Positions 39,507 through 51,657 of a stretch of 64,000 nucleotides of DNA are shown here, one piece after another (position 1 is the stretch's first letter; each line of letters starts with the position of its first letter). Below the pieces are notes generated by a model. That model saw only the letters and a list, made by a program, of their open reading frames with translations, had not been told where the DNA came from and ran no database searches. Both the position numbers and the translations under genes were made by a program. The DNA comes from Cetorhinus maximus. Taxonomy: Eukaryota. The DNA is taken from NCBI RefSeq assembly GCF_964194155.1, contig NC_135901.1:37634001-37698000 (forward strand). The letters run 5' to 3'.

Positions 39507-40345
39507 TTTCAGCCCTGAGTCTCCCCGGAACTCTCACTCTGTCCTCACACAGCTTTCAGCCCTGAGTCTCCCCGGAACTCTCACTCTGTCCTCACACAGC
39601 TTTCAGCCCTGAGCTCAGCTCCCGCTCTTTCTAAATCTCCATTCTGACTCTCAGTCCCGCGCTTTTTAAATTTCCGCTCTCTCAACTCCCGCTCTTTTTA
39701 AATCTCCGCTCTCTCAACTCCCGCTCTTTTTAAATCTTCGCTCTCTCAACTCCCGCTCTTTTTAAATCTCCGCTCTGACTCTCAGCTCCCGCTCTTTTTA
39801 TATCTCCGCTCTGACTCTCAGCTCCCGCTCTTTTTAAATCTCCGCTTTGACTCTCAGCTCCCGCTCTTTTTAAATCTCCGCTTTGACTCTCAGCTCCCGC
39901 TCTTTTTAAATCTCCGCTCTGACTCTCAGCTGCCGCTCTTTTTAAATCTCTGCTCTCTCAGCTCCCGCTCTTTTTAAAATCTCCGCTCTCTCAGCTCCCG
40001 CTCTTTTTAAATCTCTGCTCTCTCAGCTCCCACTCTTTTTAAATCTCTGCTCTTTCAGCTCCCGCTCTTTTTAAATCTCCGCTCTCTCAGCTCCCGCTCT
40101 TTTTAAATCTCCGCTCTCTCAGTCCTGCGCTTTTTAAATCTCCGCTCTCTCAGCTCCCGCTCTTTTTAAATCTTCGCTCTGACTCTCAGCTCCCGCTCTT
40201 TTTAAATCTCCGCTTTGACTCTCAGCTCCCTCTCTTTTTAAATCTCAGCTTTGACTCTCAGTCCCGCTCTTTTTAAATCTCCGCTCTGACTCTCAGTCCC
40301 ACACTTTTTAAATCTCCGCTTTGACTCTCAGATCCCACTTTTTTA
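39507..40345. repeat. Minisatellite of 31-37 bp units (plus two 47-bp units) at the 5' end of the CR1
   Basis: About 21 copies of CTCTCAGCTCCCGCTCTTTTTAAATCTCCG(CTCTGA). Confidence 0.92.
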
Positions 40346-40519
40346 AAACCTTCCCAAGGCCACCGCTCTTCTTGCTCTGCCTCCCAGTCTCGCTCTGGAG
40401 TGATCACTCTGAAGTAATCCACATTGGCTTCTGCCCAACACCCACACTCTAGCTCACAACAGTTAACCGTTCAGAGGAAACTGCAGCCACCAGCTACAGA
40501 GACCAGCACTCACGCTGTG

Positions 40520-42620
40520 TCATCACAGAATTTTAACAGCACAGAAGGAGGCCATTTGGCCCATCGTGTCTGCACCGGCTCTCCAAATGAACATTCTGAC
40601 CTAGTGCCATTGCTCTGCCTTTTCCCCGTACCACTGCACATTGTTTCTATTCAGATAGTCACCTAATGCCCTCTTGAATGCCTTGATTGAACCTGCCTCC
40701 ACCACACTACCAGGGAGTGTATTCCAGATGCGAACCACTCGTTTTGTGAAAAAGTTTTTTCTCGCTTCACATTTGTTTCTGTTGCAAATCACTTTACATC
40801 TGTCCTCTCGTTCTTGATTCTTATAAGAGCAGGAATGGCTTTTCCCTATCTACTCTGTCCAGTCCCCTCATAATTTTGAACATCTCTATCAAATCTCCTC
40901 TTCGCCGCCTTCTCTCCAAGGAGAACAGTCCCAACCTCTCCAATCTATCCTCATTGCTGAAGTTTCTAGTCCCTGGAACCACTCTTGTTAACCTCTTCTG
41001 CACTCTCTCCAATATGTCCACATCCTTTCTGTAATGTGATGCCCAGAACTGTACACAATATTCCAGCTGAGGTCTAATGAGTGACTTATATAAATTAAAT
41101 ATAACCTCCTTTCTCTTGTACTCTATGCCCCTATTAATAAAGCCCAGGATGCTATATGCTTTATTAACAATTCTCACCACCTTCAATGATCCAGGCACGT
41201 ATACACCCAGGCCTTTCTGCTCCTGCACCCCCTTTAAAATTTCACCCCTAATTTTATATTATCTGTCCATTTTCTTCCTACCAAAATGCATCACCTCACA
41301 CTTCTCTGCATTGAACTTCTTCTGTCACCTATTTGCCCACTCCACCAACTTGTTTATGTCCTTTTGAAGTTCTACACTGTCCTCCTTTGCAGTTTACAAC
41401 ACTTCCAAGCTTTGTACCATCCGCAAACTTTGAAATTGTACCCTGTACACCAAGATCTAGATCATTAATATATATCAGGAAAAGCAAGGTCCCAATACTG
41501 GCCCCTGGGGAACTCCACTACAAACCTTCCTCCAGCCTGAAAAATATCCATTGACCATTACTCTCTACTTCCTATTTTACAGCCAATTTTGTATCCATGT
41601 TGCCAATGTCTCTTTTATTCCTTGAGCAATAACTTTTCTCACAAGTCTGTTGTGTGGCACTGTATCAATGCCTTTTGAAAGTCCATGTACATCACATCAA
41701 CAGCATTATCCTCATTGACCTTTTCTGTTACCTCTTCAAAAAACTCCAGCAAGTTGGTTAAACACGATTTCCCCTTTAGAAATCCATGCTGGATCTTCCT
41801 TATCAACCCATATTTTACCATGTGAGTACTAATTCTATCCTGAATAATTGTTTCTAGAATCTTGCCCACCATTGAAGTTAAACTAAGATAAAAAACAAAA
41901 AACTGTGGATGCTGGAAATCTGAAACAAAAACAGAAAATGCTGGAAAAAGTCAGCAGGTCTGACAGCATCTGTGGAGAGAGAAACAGTGTTGGTGTTTCA
42001 TGTCCGTATGACTCTCCTTCAGAACTGAAGTTAAACTAACTGGTCTGTAATTGCTGGGCTTATCCTCACAACCTTTTTTGAACAAGGACATAATGTTTGC
42101 AATTCTCCAGTCCTCTGGCACCTCCCCTGAGTCTCGAGAAGACTGAAAAAATTATGGCCAGTCCCCCTGCAAGTTCTACTCTCTCTTCCTTCAATAACTT
42201 TGGATGCATCTCATCCAGTCCCGGTGCCTTGTCAACTTTAAGTACCGACAGTCTATTCAACACTTCCTCCTTATCAATTTTGAACCCTCCTAGTGGCAGA
42301 GTTTCATCATCTGTCATTTTGGCCTGGGTAGCATCTACCTCCTTGGTAAAGACGGATGCAATGTGTTCATTTAATACCTCAGCAATGGCCCCTTCGTCCA
42401 TGTGTAAATTCCCTTATAGGTGCCTAATCGGCCCTGCTCCTCCCTTTACTGCCCTTTTTCTATTTATATGCCTATAGAAGACTTTGGGAATCCCAAATTG
42501 ATGTTGGCTGCCAGTATTTTCTCATAATTCCCCTTTGTTTCTCTAATATGCTTTTTCACCTCCCCCCTGAACCTTCTTTATTCCTCTTGGTTGTATTTTC
42601 TACCTGACACCTTTCATAAA
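40520..42620 (-). mobile_element. CR1 LINE 3' half
   Basis: KAPGLDEMHPKLLKE, QHGFLKGKSCLTNLLEFFEEVT, RPQLEYCVQFWASHYRKD. Confidence 0.92.
41887..42025 (-). mobile_element. 139-bp Penelope-terminal mini-element with 14-bp TSD
   Basis: TGAAGTTAAACTAA at 41873-41886 and 42026-42039. The element runs from a degenerate hammerhead to a T-rich tail. Confidence 0.88.
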
Positions 42621-42704
42621 CACACATCTTCATTTTAATTGCAATGAGCAACGGGGCGCATGCGTGGCCGCCATCTTTATAAGGGGCAATGTTTTTGGAA
42701 TATT

Positions 42705-43050
42705 TGTGGGAGTGTGTTAGGATAGTTAAGTCTGGAGGTAACAAAGGAATGGATGAGAGTTTCAGGAGCAGATGAGCTGAGACTGGGCTAGAGTCGGGCG
42801 ATGTTACTGAGGTGGAAATAGGCGGTCTTGGTGATGATGTGGATATGTGGTTGGAAGCTCATCTTGGGGTGAAATATTTTGCCATGGTTGTGAACAGTCT
42901 GGTTCAGCCTCAGACCGTTGTCAGGGAGAGGGATGGAGTAGGTATCTAGGGAGTTGAGGTTGTAGCGGAGGCTGAAGACAATGGCTTCAATCTTCCCAAT
43001 ATTAAAATGGAGGAAATTTCTGTTCACCCAGTACTGGTTGTCAGACAAGT
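42705..43050 (-). mobile_element. L2 fragment (paralog of 8100-8420)
   Basis: WVNRNFLHFNIGKIEAIVF...HIHIITKTAYFHLSNIARL. Confidence 0.85.
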
Positions 43051-44709
43051 CAGGATGGTGTGTGACTTGGAGATGAACTTGGAGATGATGGTGTTCACAT
43101 ACACCTGCTACCCTGGTCCTTCTGGGTGGTGGAGGTTGAGGGTTTGGGAGATTCTGTCAACACTCTGGTTGCGTTGCAGATATATGAAATCTTGCTCCTT
43201 CACCCCTGCTCTCTCTCTCTCTCTCTCTCCCTCACTCACTTTTTCTCTCTCTCTCTCTCACTATCTTTCTCCTGCCATGGAACCCAGAATTTTGTGTAGG
43301 CGCAGACCGAGTGGCAGGGTCCCTTGTGATGTTTTACAATCCATGCTCCTTATTCTTGGGGATAACAGAATCAGTTGTATCTCTCAATAAATTTTCTTCA
43401 ACTTTGGCAAGAGGGAGCTTGACTCAAAGACACATCATTGGTTCCAATGAATCCAACTTGCCATCAGCCAAAGGAAGAAAACCAGTCAAGACTATCCTCC
43501 TGATAGTCTAAGTTTCAATAACATATTAACTCAATTGTAATCTTCCTGAATGTTATAAGGGTCTGGGTTCAACTCCTCAGTAAATATTCCCCGACCTTCA
43601 AGAGAATAGGAGTTGGGTTCACTGAGTGATGCAGAAGACGAGGTGAGGCAGCTTAAGTTTTAAGAATATTTTTTAAGAATCTGTCACAATAAGAAAGCAT
43701 GTGATCTGGTGATTATGCAAAGACTGTAATTTGCAAAGCTAAGTAAATCCCAAAAAGAAAAGCTAACTAGTTCCGATCTCAATAAGAGAGTCCAAAATGT
43801 AATCTTTACTTGTTACAGATATAAGAATTCTAAGAGTAAATAAGGATATCCATCAAATATGAAAGTAATATTTCCTTCATCCCCAGTATGTGAGATCCGC
43901 TATGTTCAGGACAATTCTGAAGTCAATCTTGGAGAATCTGATGACTCCCCCTAACAAATCTGAAGATTCAAGTTTGAGTTGAGATATTTATAATGAATCT
44001 TGGGGTTGTATAGTTAATAGTAGCGTGGAAGATGTCCATTTGATCACTAACAGACCATCCCTAATTAGTATCCTATATTTGGTGAAAGGTCCACCTATTA
44101 TAATGAGAGTGCCTGTTCAATTTCTAGGAAATGTTATCTTGAATTTATTCCTGAGAACTGAACTTCCCGTAACAGTCTTGTTGGTCAATGTTGCTGAGTC
44201 AAGGTATTGTGTCCAGTGGGATAATAAAACTTGGGGCTGAGTATTTCATTGCTCTGTTTTTTGGTTTTAATTATCAGAGCCAGTATTGTAGCTTGTGTGT
44301 CAGTATCATAGCAAGAACCATGGAATCCCATTTTTTAAGTGTGTGAATTTCTTATCAGTAAACTCACCTTTGTTGTGAGGGGAGTTAACCTCGCTGCTTT
44401 TGCGAGCTTGTTTTGACCTCTGTTAAAATATGTTTTACTGTGAATTTACCCAGAGGAGCTTTTAATCAAATGTTCCTGTATTAATTCCATGTTATTTGAC
44501 CATTATTCCCTCACATCTCTCCCTGGTGGGCATTCGTGAACCAGTTGGGTTTTTACATCAGTCCAGCAGCTTTCATGGTCACTTTTTGAAATTCACAGGG
44601 TATTAGAAGGGGAGGATTGGCAGTTGGGAAACTGAAACCAAACATCACACCAGGAGCTGACAGAGTCGCACAATGTATATCGGAGCCCGAATGTCATCGG
44701 ATTTTGAAC

Positions 44710-45560
44710 ATGGAAAGACAGAGCACCATTCACAGTGGGGAGAAACCGTACACGTGTTCTGTGTGTGGACGAGGCTTCAGCCGATCATCTGGCCTGTCAA
44801 AACACAAGCACAGTTACACCGGGGAGAAACCATGGAAATGTGGAGACTGTGGGAAGGGATTCCATTACCCATGTGAGCGGGAAGCTCATCAGCACAGTCA
44901 CACTGGGGAGGGGCCATTCACCTGCTCCGAGTGTGGGAAGGGATTCACTGATTCAACCCACCTGCAGACACACCAGCGAGTTCACACCGATGAGAGACTT
45001 TTTAAATGCCCAGACTGTGGTAAGTGCTTTAAAAGTTCCGGGAACCTGATGTCCCATCAACGTGTTCACACTGACAAGAGACCATTCAGGTGCTCTCATT
45101 GTGGGACTGGGTTCAGTTGGTCATCTCACCTCACTGAACACCAGCGCAGTCACAGTGGAGAGAGACTATTCACCTGTACGGAGTGTGGGAAGGGATTCAC
45201 TCAGTCATCATACCTGTTGACACACCAGCGAGTTCACTGACAAGAGACCTTATAAATGCCCAGACTGTGGGAAATGCTTTAAAAGTTCTGGGAACCTGAT
45301 GCGTCATCAACGTGTTCACACTGACGAGAGACTATTCAGGTGCTCTCACTGTGGGACTGGGTTCAAGACTTCATCTGAACTCACTGTACACCGAGTGTGG
45401 ACAGGGATTCACTCAGTCATCGATCCTGGTGACACACCAGCGGGTTCACACTGGGAAAAGGCTATTCACTTGCTCTGAGTGTGGGAAGGGATTCACTCAG
45501 TCATGTGCCCTGCTGAGACACCAGCAAATTCACAAGGAATTACAGTGGTTGGATTTTGCT
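44710..45560 (+). pseudogene. C2H2 zinc-finger gene: 6 fingers open to 45240, then frameshifted
   Basis: ATG at 44710 ([16 protein letters not shown]). A 2-nt loss at GTTCACTGA creates a stop; further fingers continue out of frame. It could still encode a truncated 6-finger protein. Confidence 0.8.
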
Positions 45561-46074
45561 GTTCATTAGGGTCTGTTTCTGCTGAGTTAATAAACTCCAG
45601 CCCAGTTATAGGGGTAAATATTCTGGATAAACAAATCATCTTTCTGTTCAACACACAGTGTGTCGAGTCTTTTTAATATCTCAAAGACAAGTTAGTTCCT
45701 TTTGAAGAGCTCTCTCCCCTGTCTCCTCCATCCTCACCTCCAACAACAAGTGTGAGGAGCTCATGGAGCTTCTTTGTCACTAAGATTGAGACAATCTGAT
45801 CAGCTGCCTCTGCTGCTTCCCTCCCTCCCACTAGCCCAACGGGCCAAACTGTCTCTAAAGTTCCCCCTGAGCTGGTCACCCAACTTCCCCATGTTCGCTG
45901 ACATTGTTAACGGTTCTTTCTCTCCAGGTAGTGTCTGTCTCTCCTTAAAATCTGCCATCATCAGCCCCTCCTCAAAAACAAACCTTTGACCCCCACCGTT
46001 CTTGCAAACTACTGCCCCATCTCCAAACTCCGGCTCCTCTCCAGATTGAATATGCTGTCACATCCAAAATACTG

Positions 46075-46975
46075 AGATTCTCAGTGTGAACAGGGTGGGA
46101 TGTGTTTGGAGACAGGATGTCCCAGTTCTCCAGTTTGGGTTGTTTTCGTTGGAGCAGAGTAGACTGAGGGGCGACCTGATCGAGGTGTACAAGATTATGA
46201 GGGGCGTGGATAGGGAGCAACTGTTCCCCTTAGTCATAAGGGGACATAAGTTCAAGGTGAGGGGCTCAAGGTTTAGGGGGGATGTGAGGAAAAACGTTTT
46301 TACCCAGAGGGTGGTGACAGTTTGGAATGTGCTGCCGGGGAGGGTGGTGGAGGCGGGTTGCCTCACATCCTTTAAAAAGTACCTGGATGAGCACTTGGCA
46401 CATCATAACATTCAAGGCTATGGACCAAGTGTTCGTAAATGGGATTAGGGAGGTCAGGTGTTTCTCATGTGTCAGTGCAGACTTGATGGGCCGAAGGGCC
46501 TCTTCTGCACTGTGTGATTCTGTGATTCCACCCTTGGAATTCTCAGTGTGAACAGGGTGGTATGTGTTTGGAGACAGGATGTCCCAGTTCTCCACCCTGG
46601 GATTCTCAGTGTGAACAGGGTGGGATGTGTTTGGAGACAGGATGTCCCAGTTCTCCACCCTGGGATTCTCAGTGTGAACAGGGTAGAATGTGTTTGGAGA
46701 CAGGATGTCCCAGTTCCCCACCCTGGGATTCTCAGTGTGAACAGGGTGGGATGTGTTTGGAGACAGGATGTCCAAGTTCTCCACCCTGGGATTCTCAGTG
46801 TGAACAGGGTGGGATGTGTTTGGAGACAGGATGTCCCAGTTACCCACCCTGGGATTCTCCATGTGAACAAAGTGAGATCTATTTGGAGACAGGATGACCC
46901 AGTTCTCCACCTTGGGAATCTCATTATGAACAGGTTGGGATGTATTTGGAGACAGGATGTCCCAGATTTCCACCT
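46075..46975. repeat. 63-bp minisatellite (8 units) with a CR1 3' end inserted in the first unit (~46132-46527)
   Basis: Unit GGATTCTCAGTGTGAACAGGGTGGGATGTGTTTGGAGACAGGATGTCCCAGTTCTCCACCCTG at a 63-bp period from 46548 to 46926. Confidence 0.93.
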
Positions 46976-48829
46976 TTAATGGGGAGATATACAGGATCAA
47001 TTTCTACCTTACTGAGTGAGAAATGTCATTGTCCTGGACACCCCCTGTCCCTCAGTATCTGTATCCGGGGGACAGGCTGATGGGTTTACTCTGTATCTAA
47101 TCCATGCTGCGTTTTACTGGAGAGTGTTTGATTCTGACAATGAGATGATGACGATGAGATAAACCCATCAGCTTCCCCCCTGGACACAGATCCTGAAGGA
47201 CAAGGAGTGTCTATAATATTTTTGACCATGTCCTTGATCCAGTTTTGAACTCCTTGCTCACATCTCCTCTCATCCTGCTTAGTTCTAATGAAAAGACCCC
47301 CAGTTTCTCCAGTCTTTCCTCATGGGAAAGAGAAGTTGGAACTAAGTTAGAAACTCACAGCAGACAGGTCACCATTAGAAAACATTTCATTCCACAGTCA
47401 ATTGTTTTCACCTGTAATACACTGTCTGCAAGTTTAAAAACAAAATACTGCAGATGCTGGAAATCTGAAACAAGTCACTCAATTCTCAGACCATAACTGA
47501 CCTCATTCCTTCTGGAGGAGAATCCTGTCATCATAGAACTGAATTTGGATTTGTTCAGCCTGAGCATGGGCCTCACTCACATCCTTGCATATTGTCTTCA
47601 AATCAGAAACACCCCTGGTTCCTGATGGTGCTCTGCTCCTTATTCAGGCTGCTGGTAGATTCTCTCTCTGCTTCTACAAGCTGCTGAGGACACAGACTGA
47701 GCCCCCAGACTGACATTTACTGCAGAAATATGGTGAACTTTCCCCTCTCAATCCATTTCCATTATCACTTGATACACATGGCCTGTCTTTAGAAATAAAT
47801 GGAAATTATTTATCTTTAAATTTAAACCATTTCTTTGATCCGATAAGTATATGGATACTTTGAAACCATCTCTTGGTTACCAGTGGCCTTCAACTTTCTC
47901 TGATCTGGGGGAAATTATTAATAATATAAACCCTCACAGACAGTCCGTCTCCTCAAGAGACAGTTACCGAGACCTCCATTGTTTAACTTTTAACACCTCC
48001 TATTATGGCTTCACGGACATAATATGGGACCTCACTTTGATCTGAAATTACCCCAGAACTGTCTACCTTCCCTTCAGGCCAGGTGCTCTTTCATTTATCC
48101 TCCATTTAAAAATTACAATTTCCAAACCAAAAATAAGCTTATGCACATTTGTAACATAAGTCAGTCATTTTTATCAAAAAACAGCAGAGATCCTGGTGCT
48201 GAACCCTGGGAACTGCACTGTAAATCTCACTTCTTTCCAAAGGAAATGCCATTCACCCTCACTCTCTGATTGCTATCACTTACATATCTTTGTATCCATG
48301 CTACTGCTGATGTTTTGATCAGATGGGCGTCAAGTTCACGAACAGACTTAATAAATGGTACTTGATCCAATGTCTGCAAACACAGCACAAACTGCAATGG
48401 CCTCAACCCCCTTCCCTGTTAAACTTGTCAAAAAACTCCATCAGGTTATTTAACAAGTCCTGAGACTTCTTTCCCTCAGCATTTTATCAGAAGCTTATTA
48501 AAAAACAAATGAGGTTTGGAACACAAATCAGTGTCCCTTGGGTAGTAGGAACGGCCCATTTCACATTCCATTTACACACTTACCTACCTTCACCTATTTG
48601 GATCAGGGTCACATTGAGAGGGACATACAACACTTTGGTCATTCTTGTCTCTCTTCACTGGCAGGAAAATCTCTGTGTGAGTTAATCCCTGAGATGCGGA
48701 TAAAATCTGTCCTGGCCGCTCTGTTCCAGGGTTCAGATCTCCTAGACATGAAACAGAAGATTCCTTTACAGCTGTGTTTTGAGTCAAGAAGAACAACGGT
48801 GAATGCTGGAAAAGTGTTGTCAAATCAGA

Positions 48830-51331
48830 AACAAAAGTACCTGGAAAAGCTCAGCAGGTCTGACAGCATCTGCGGAGAGGAAACAGTTAACGTTTCGAGT
48901 CCGAATGACTCTTCATCAGAACTAAGGAAAAATGGAAAAGAGGTGAAATATAAGCTGGTTTGGGGGGTCAGTGGGGGGGGGACCAAAGGTAGAGCTGGGT
49001 AAAGAGCCAGTGATAGGTGGAGATAACCAAAAGATGACATAGACAAAAGGACAAAGAGGTGTTGATGGTGGTGATATTAGCTAAGAAATGTGCTAATGAT
49101 GACATTAAGGGTAGAAAGCAGGACGAGCAAGGTACAGATAGCCCTAGTGGGGGTGGGGTGGGAGGAAGGGATCGAAATAGGCTAAAAGGTAGAGATAAAA
49201 CAATGGGTGGAAATATATTTAAAAATAATGGAAATAGGTGGGAAAACAAAAACCTATATAAATTATTGGAAAAGCGGGGATCGGAAAGGGGTTGGGGATG
49301 GAGGAGAGAGTTCATGATCTAAAGTTGTTGAACTCAATATTCAGTCCGGAAGGCTGTAAAGTGCCTAGTTGGAAGATGAGGTGCTGTTCCTCCAGTTTGC
49401 GTTGAGCTTCACTGCAACATTGCAGCAGGCCAAGGACGGACATGTGGGCATGAGAGCAGGGTGGTGTGTTGAAATGGCAAGCGACAGGGAGGTCTGGGTC
49501 ATGCTTGCAGACAGACAATAGGTGTTCCGCAAAGCGGTCACCCAGTCTGCGTTTGGTCTCTCCAATGTAGAGGAAACCGCATTGGGAGCAGCAAATGCAG
49601 TAAACTAAATTGAGGGAAGTGCAAGTGAAATGCAGCTTCACTTGAAAGGAATGTTTAGGCCCTTGGACGGGGAGGAGGGGGGAAATAAAGGGGCAAGTGT
49701 TGCACCTTCTGCGGTTGCATGGGAAGGTGCTGTGGGAGGGGGTTGAGTTGTAAGGGGTGATGGAGGAGTGGACCAGGGTGTCCCGGAGGGAACAATCCCT
49801 GCGGAATGCCGCCCTGGGGGTGAAGGGAAGTTGTGTTTGGTGGTGGCATCATGCTGGAGTTGGTGGAAATGGTGGAGGATGATCCTTTGAATGCGGAGGC
49901 TGGTGGGGTGATAAGTGAGGACAAGGGGGACACTATCATGGTTCTGGGAGGGAGACGAAGGTGTGAGGGCGGATGCGCAGGAGATGGGCCGGATACAGTT
50001 GAGGGCCCTGTCAACCACCGTTGGTTCAAAACCTCGGTTAAGGAAGAAGGAAGACATGTCAGAGGAACTGTTTTTGAAAGTGGCATCATATAACAGATGC
50101 GACAGAGGCGAAGGAACTGAGAGAATGGGATGGAGTCCTTACAGGAAGTGGGGTGTGAGGAGCTGTAGTCAAGGTAGCTGTGGGAGTCGGTAGGCTTGTA
50201 ATGAATATTGGTGGACAGTCTATCACCAGAAATTGAGAGAGAGATCAAGGAAGTGTCAGAGATGAACAATGTGAAAATGATGGAGGGGTGGAAATTGGCA
50301 GCAAAATTAATCAATTTTTCCAGGTCCAGATGAGAGCATGAAGCAGCACCGAAGCACTCATCGATGTACTGGAGAAAGAGTTGTGGGAGGGGGCCTGAGT
50401 AGGACTGGAACAAGAAATGTTCCACATACCCCATAAAGAGACAGGCATAACTGGGGCCTATGCGGGTACCCATAGCCACACCCTTTATTTGGAGGAATTG
50501 AGAGGAGTTTAAGGAGAAATTGTTCAGTGAGAGAACGAGTTCAGCCAGACGGAGGAGAGTAGTGGTGGATGGGGATTGTTCGGGCCTCTGTTCGAGAAAG
50601 AAGCGGAGAGCCCTCAGACCATCCTGGAGGGGGATGGAGATGTAGAGGGATTGGACGCCCATGGTGAAGAGGAGGCGGTTAGGGCCAGGGAACTGGAAAT
50701 TGTTGATATTATGTAGGGTGTCAGAGGGATCGCGGATGTAGGTGGGAAAAGTCTGGACAAGGGGAGAGAGAATGGAGTCAAGATAGCAAAAAATGAGTTC
50801 CGTGGGGCAGGAACAGGCTGACACGATCAGTCTGCTGGGACACTCCTGTTTGTGGGTTTTGGGTAGGAGGTAAAAGCGGGCCGTCCAAGGTTGGGAGACC
50901 AAGAGGTTGGAAGCTGTGGAAGGAAGATCTCCAAAGGAGATGAGGTCAGTGACAGTCCTAGAAACAATGGCTTGATGTTCAGTGGTGGGTTCACGGTCCA
51001 GGGGGAGATAGGAGGAAGTGTCTGCGAGTTGACGCTCAGCCTCTGCAAGGTAGAGATCAGTGCACCAGACAACAACAGCACCACCCTTGTCAGCAGGTTT
51101 GGTGACAATGTCAGGGTTGGACCTGAGAGAACGGAGTCCCACCTGTTTCCCCCCCTGCCACCCCCTGAAACCAGCATATATTTCACCTCATTCTATATTT
51201 CCTTAATTTTGATGAAGAGTCATTCGGACTCGAAATGTTAACTGTATTCCTCTCTGCAGATGCTGTCAGACCTGCTGAGTTTTTCCAGGCATTTTTGTTT
51301 AGGATTTCCAGCATCCGCAGTTTTTTTGCTT
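48830..51331 (-). mobile_element. Penelope-like element (RT plus GIY-YIG), 5'-truncated, with inverted terminal copy and 13-bp TSD
   Basis: KPADKGGAVVVW, FYLLPKTHK, QIKGVAMGT, YIDE, YKPTDSHSYL; VYCICCSQCGFLYIGETKRRL. The 3' end (48830-48990) is repeated inverted at 51140-51331. TSD TTGTCAAATCAGA at 48817-48829 and 51332-51344. Confidence 0.95.
48885..48923 (-). ncRNA. Minimal type I hammerhead ribozyme motif with intact core
   Basis: AGUU-CUGAUGA-A-GAGUC(AUUCG)GACUC-GAAA-CG-UU-AACU: stem I AGUU/AACU, 5-bp stem II, palindromic ACGU helix III. Confidence 0.8.
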
Positions 51332-51657
51332 TTGTCAAATCAGACATTGGTGTAAAACTGTGATCTGTTCCTGACTGAAGGTGAAACGGCAGGTTTAAGT
51401 TTCCAGTCTGAAAATAACTGTATTAAGTATTCTGTGAATTAATATTTCTGAATGAAAGAAAGATTTAATGTGTGTGTGTGTGACAGTCCTCTGTCTATCT
51501 TTTAAGGCAGTTGTTAACTCTGACAAAGCCTAATGCCTGAAATGTTAAGGTTTGAGCAGCGGATGATTTGCAGTCGGGAAACTCAGACCAAACATCATGT
51601 CAGGATCTGATGGAGTCACCCAGCTTAAAGTATCCTGAATATCATTGGATTTTGAAC

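Noticed and set aside
39507-40345. CRISPR-like appearance of ~31-37 bp repeats
   Set aside because: Units are head-to-tail with no unique spacers, there are no cas genes, and the context is eukaryotic.
42640-42695. Isolated NRF1/YY1-type motif pair
   Set aside because: Only ~50 bp of the cassette promoter remains between LINE fragments, too little to call a promoter.
46266-47000. 244-aa repetitive ORF and overlapping ORFs on both strands
   Set aside because: Artefact of a 63-bp minisatellite running into an antisense CR1 fragment.
49655-51142. 495-aa ORF as an active retrotransposon or host gene
   Set aside because: 5'-truncated, catalytic motif reads YIDE in place of YIDD, and it is frameshifted before the GIY-YIG domain.
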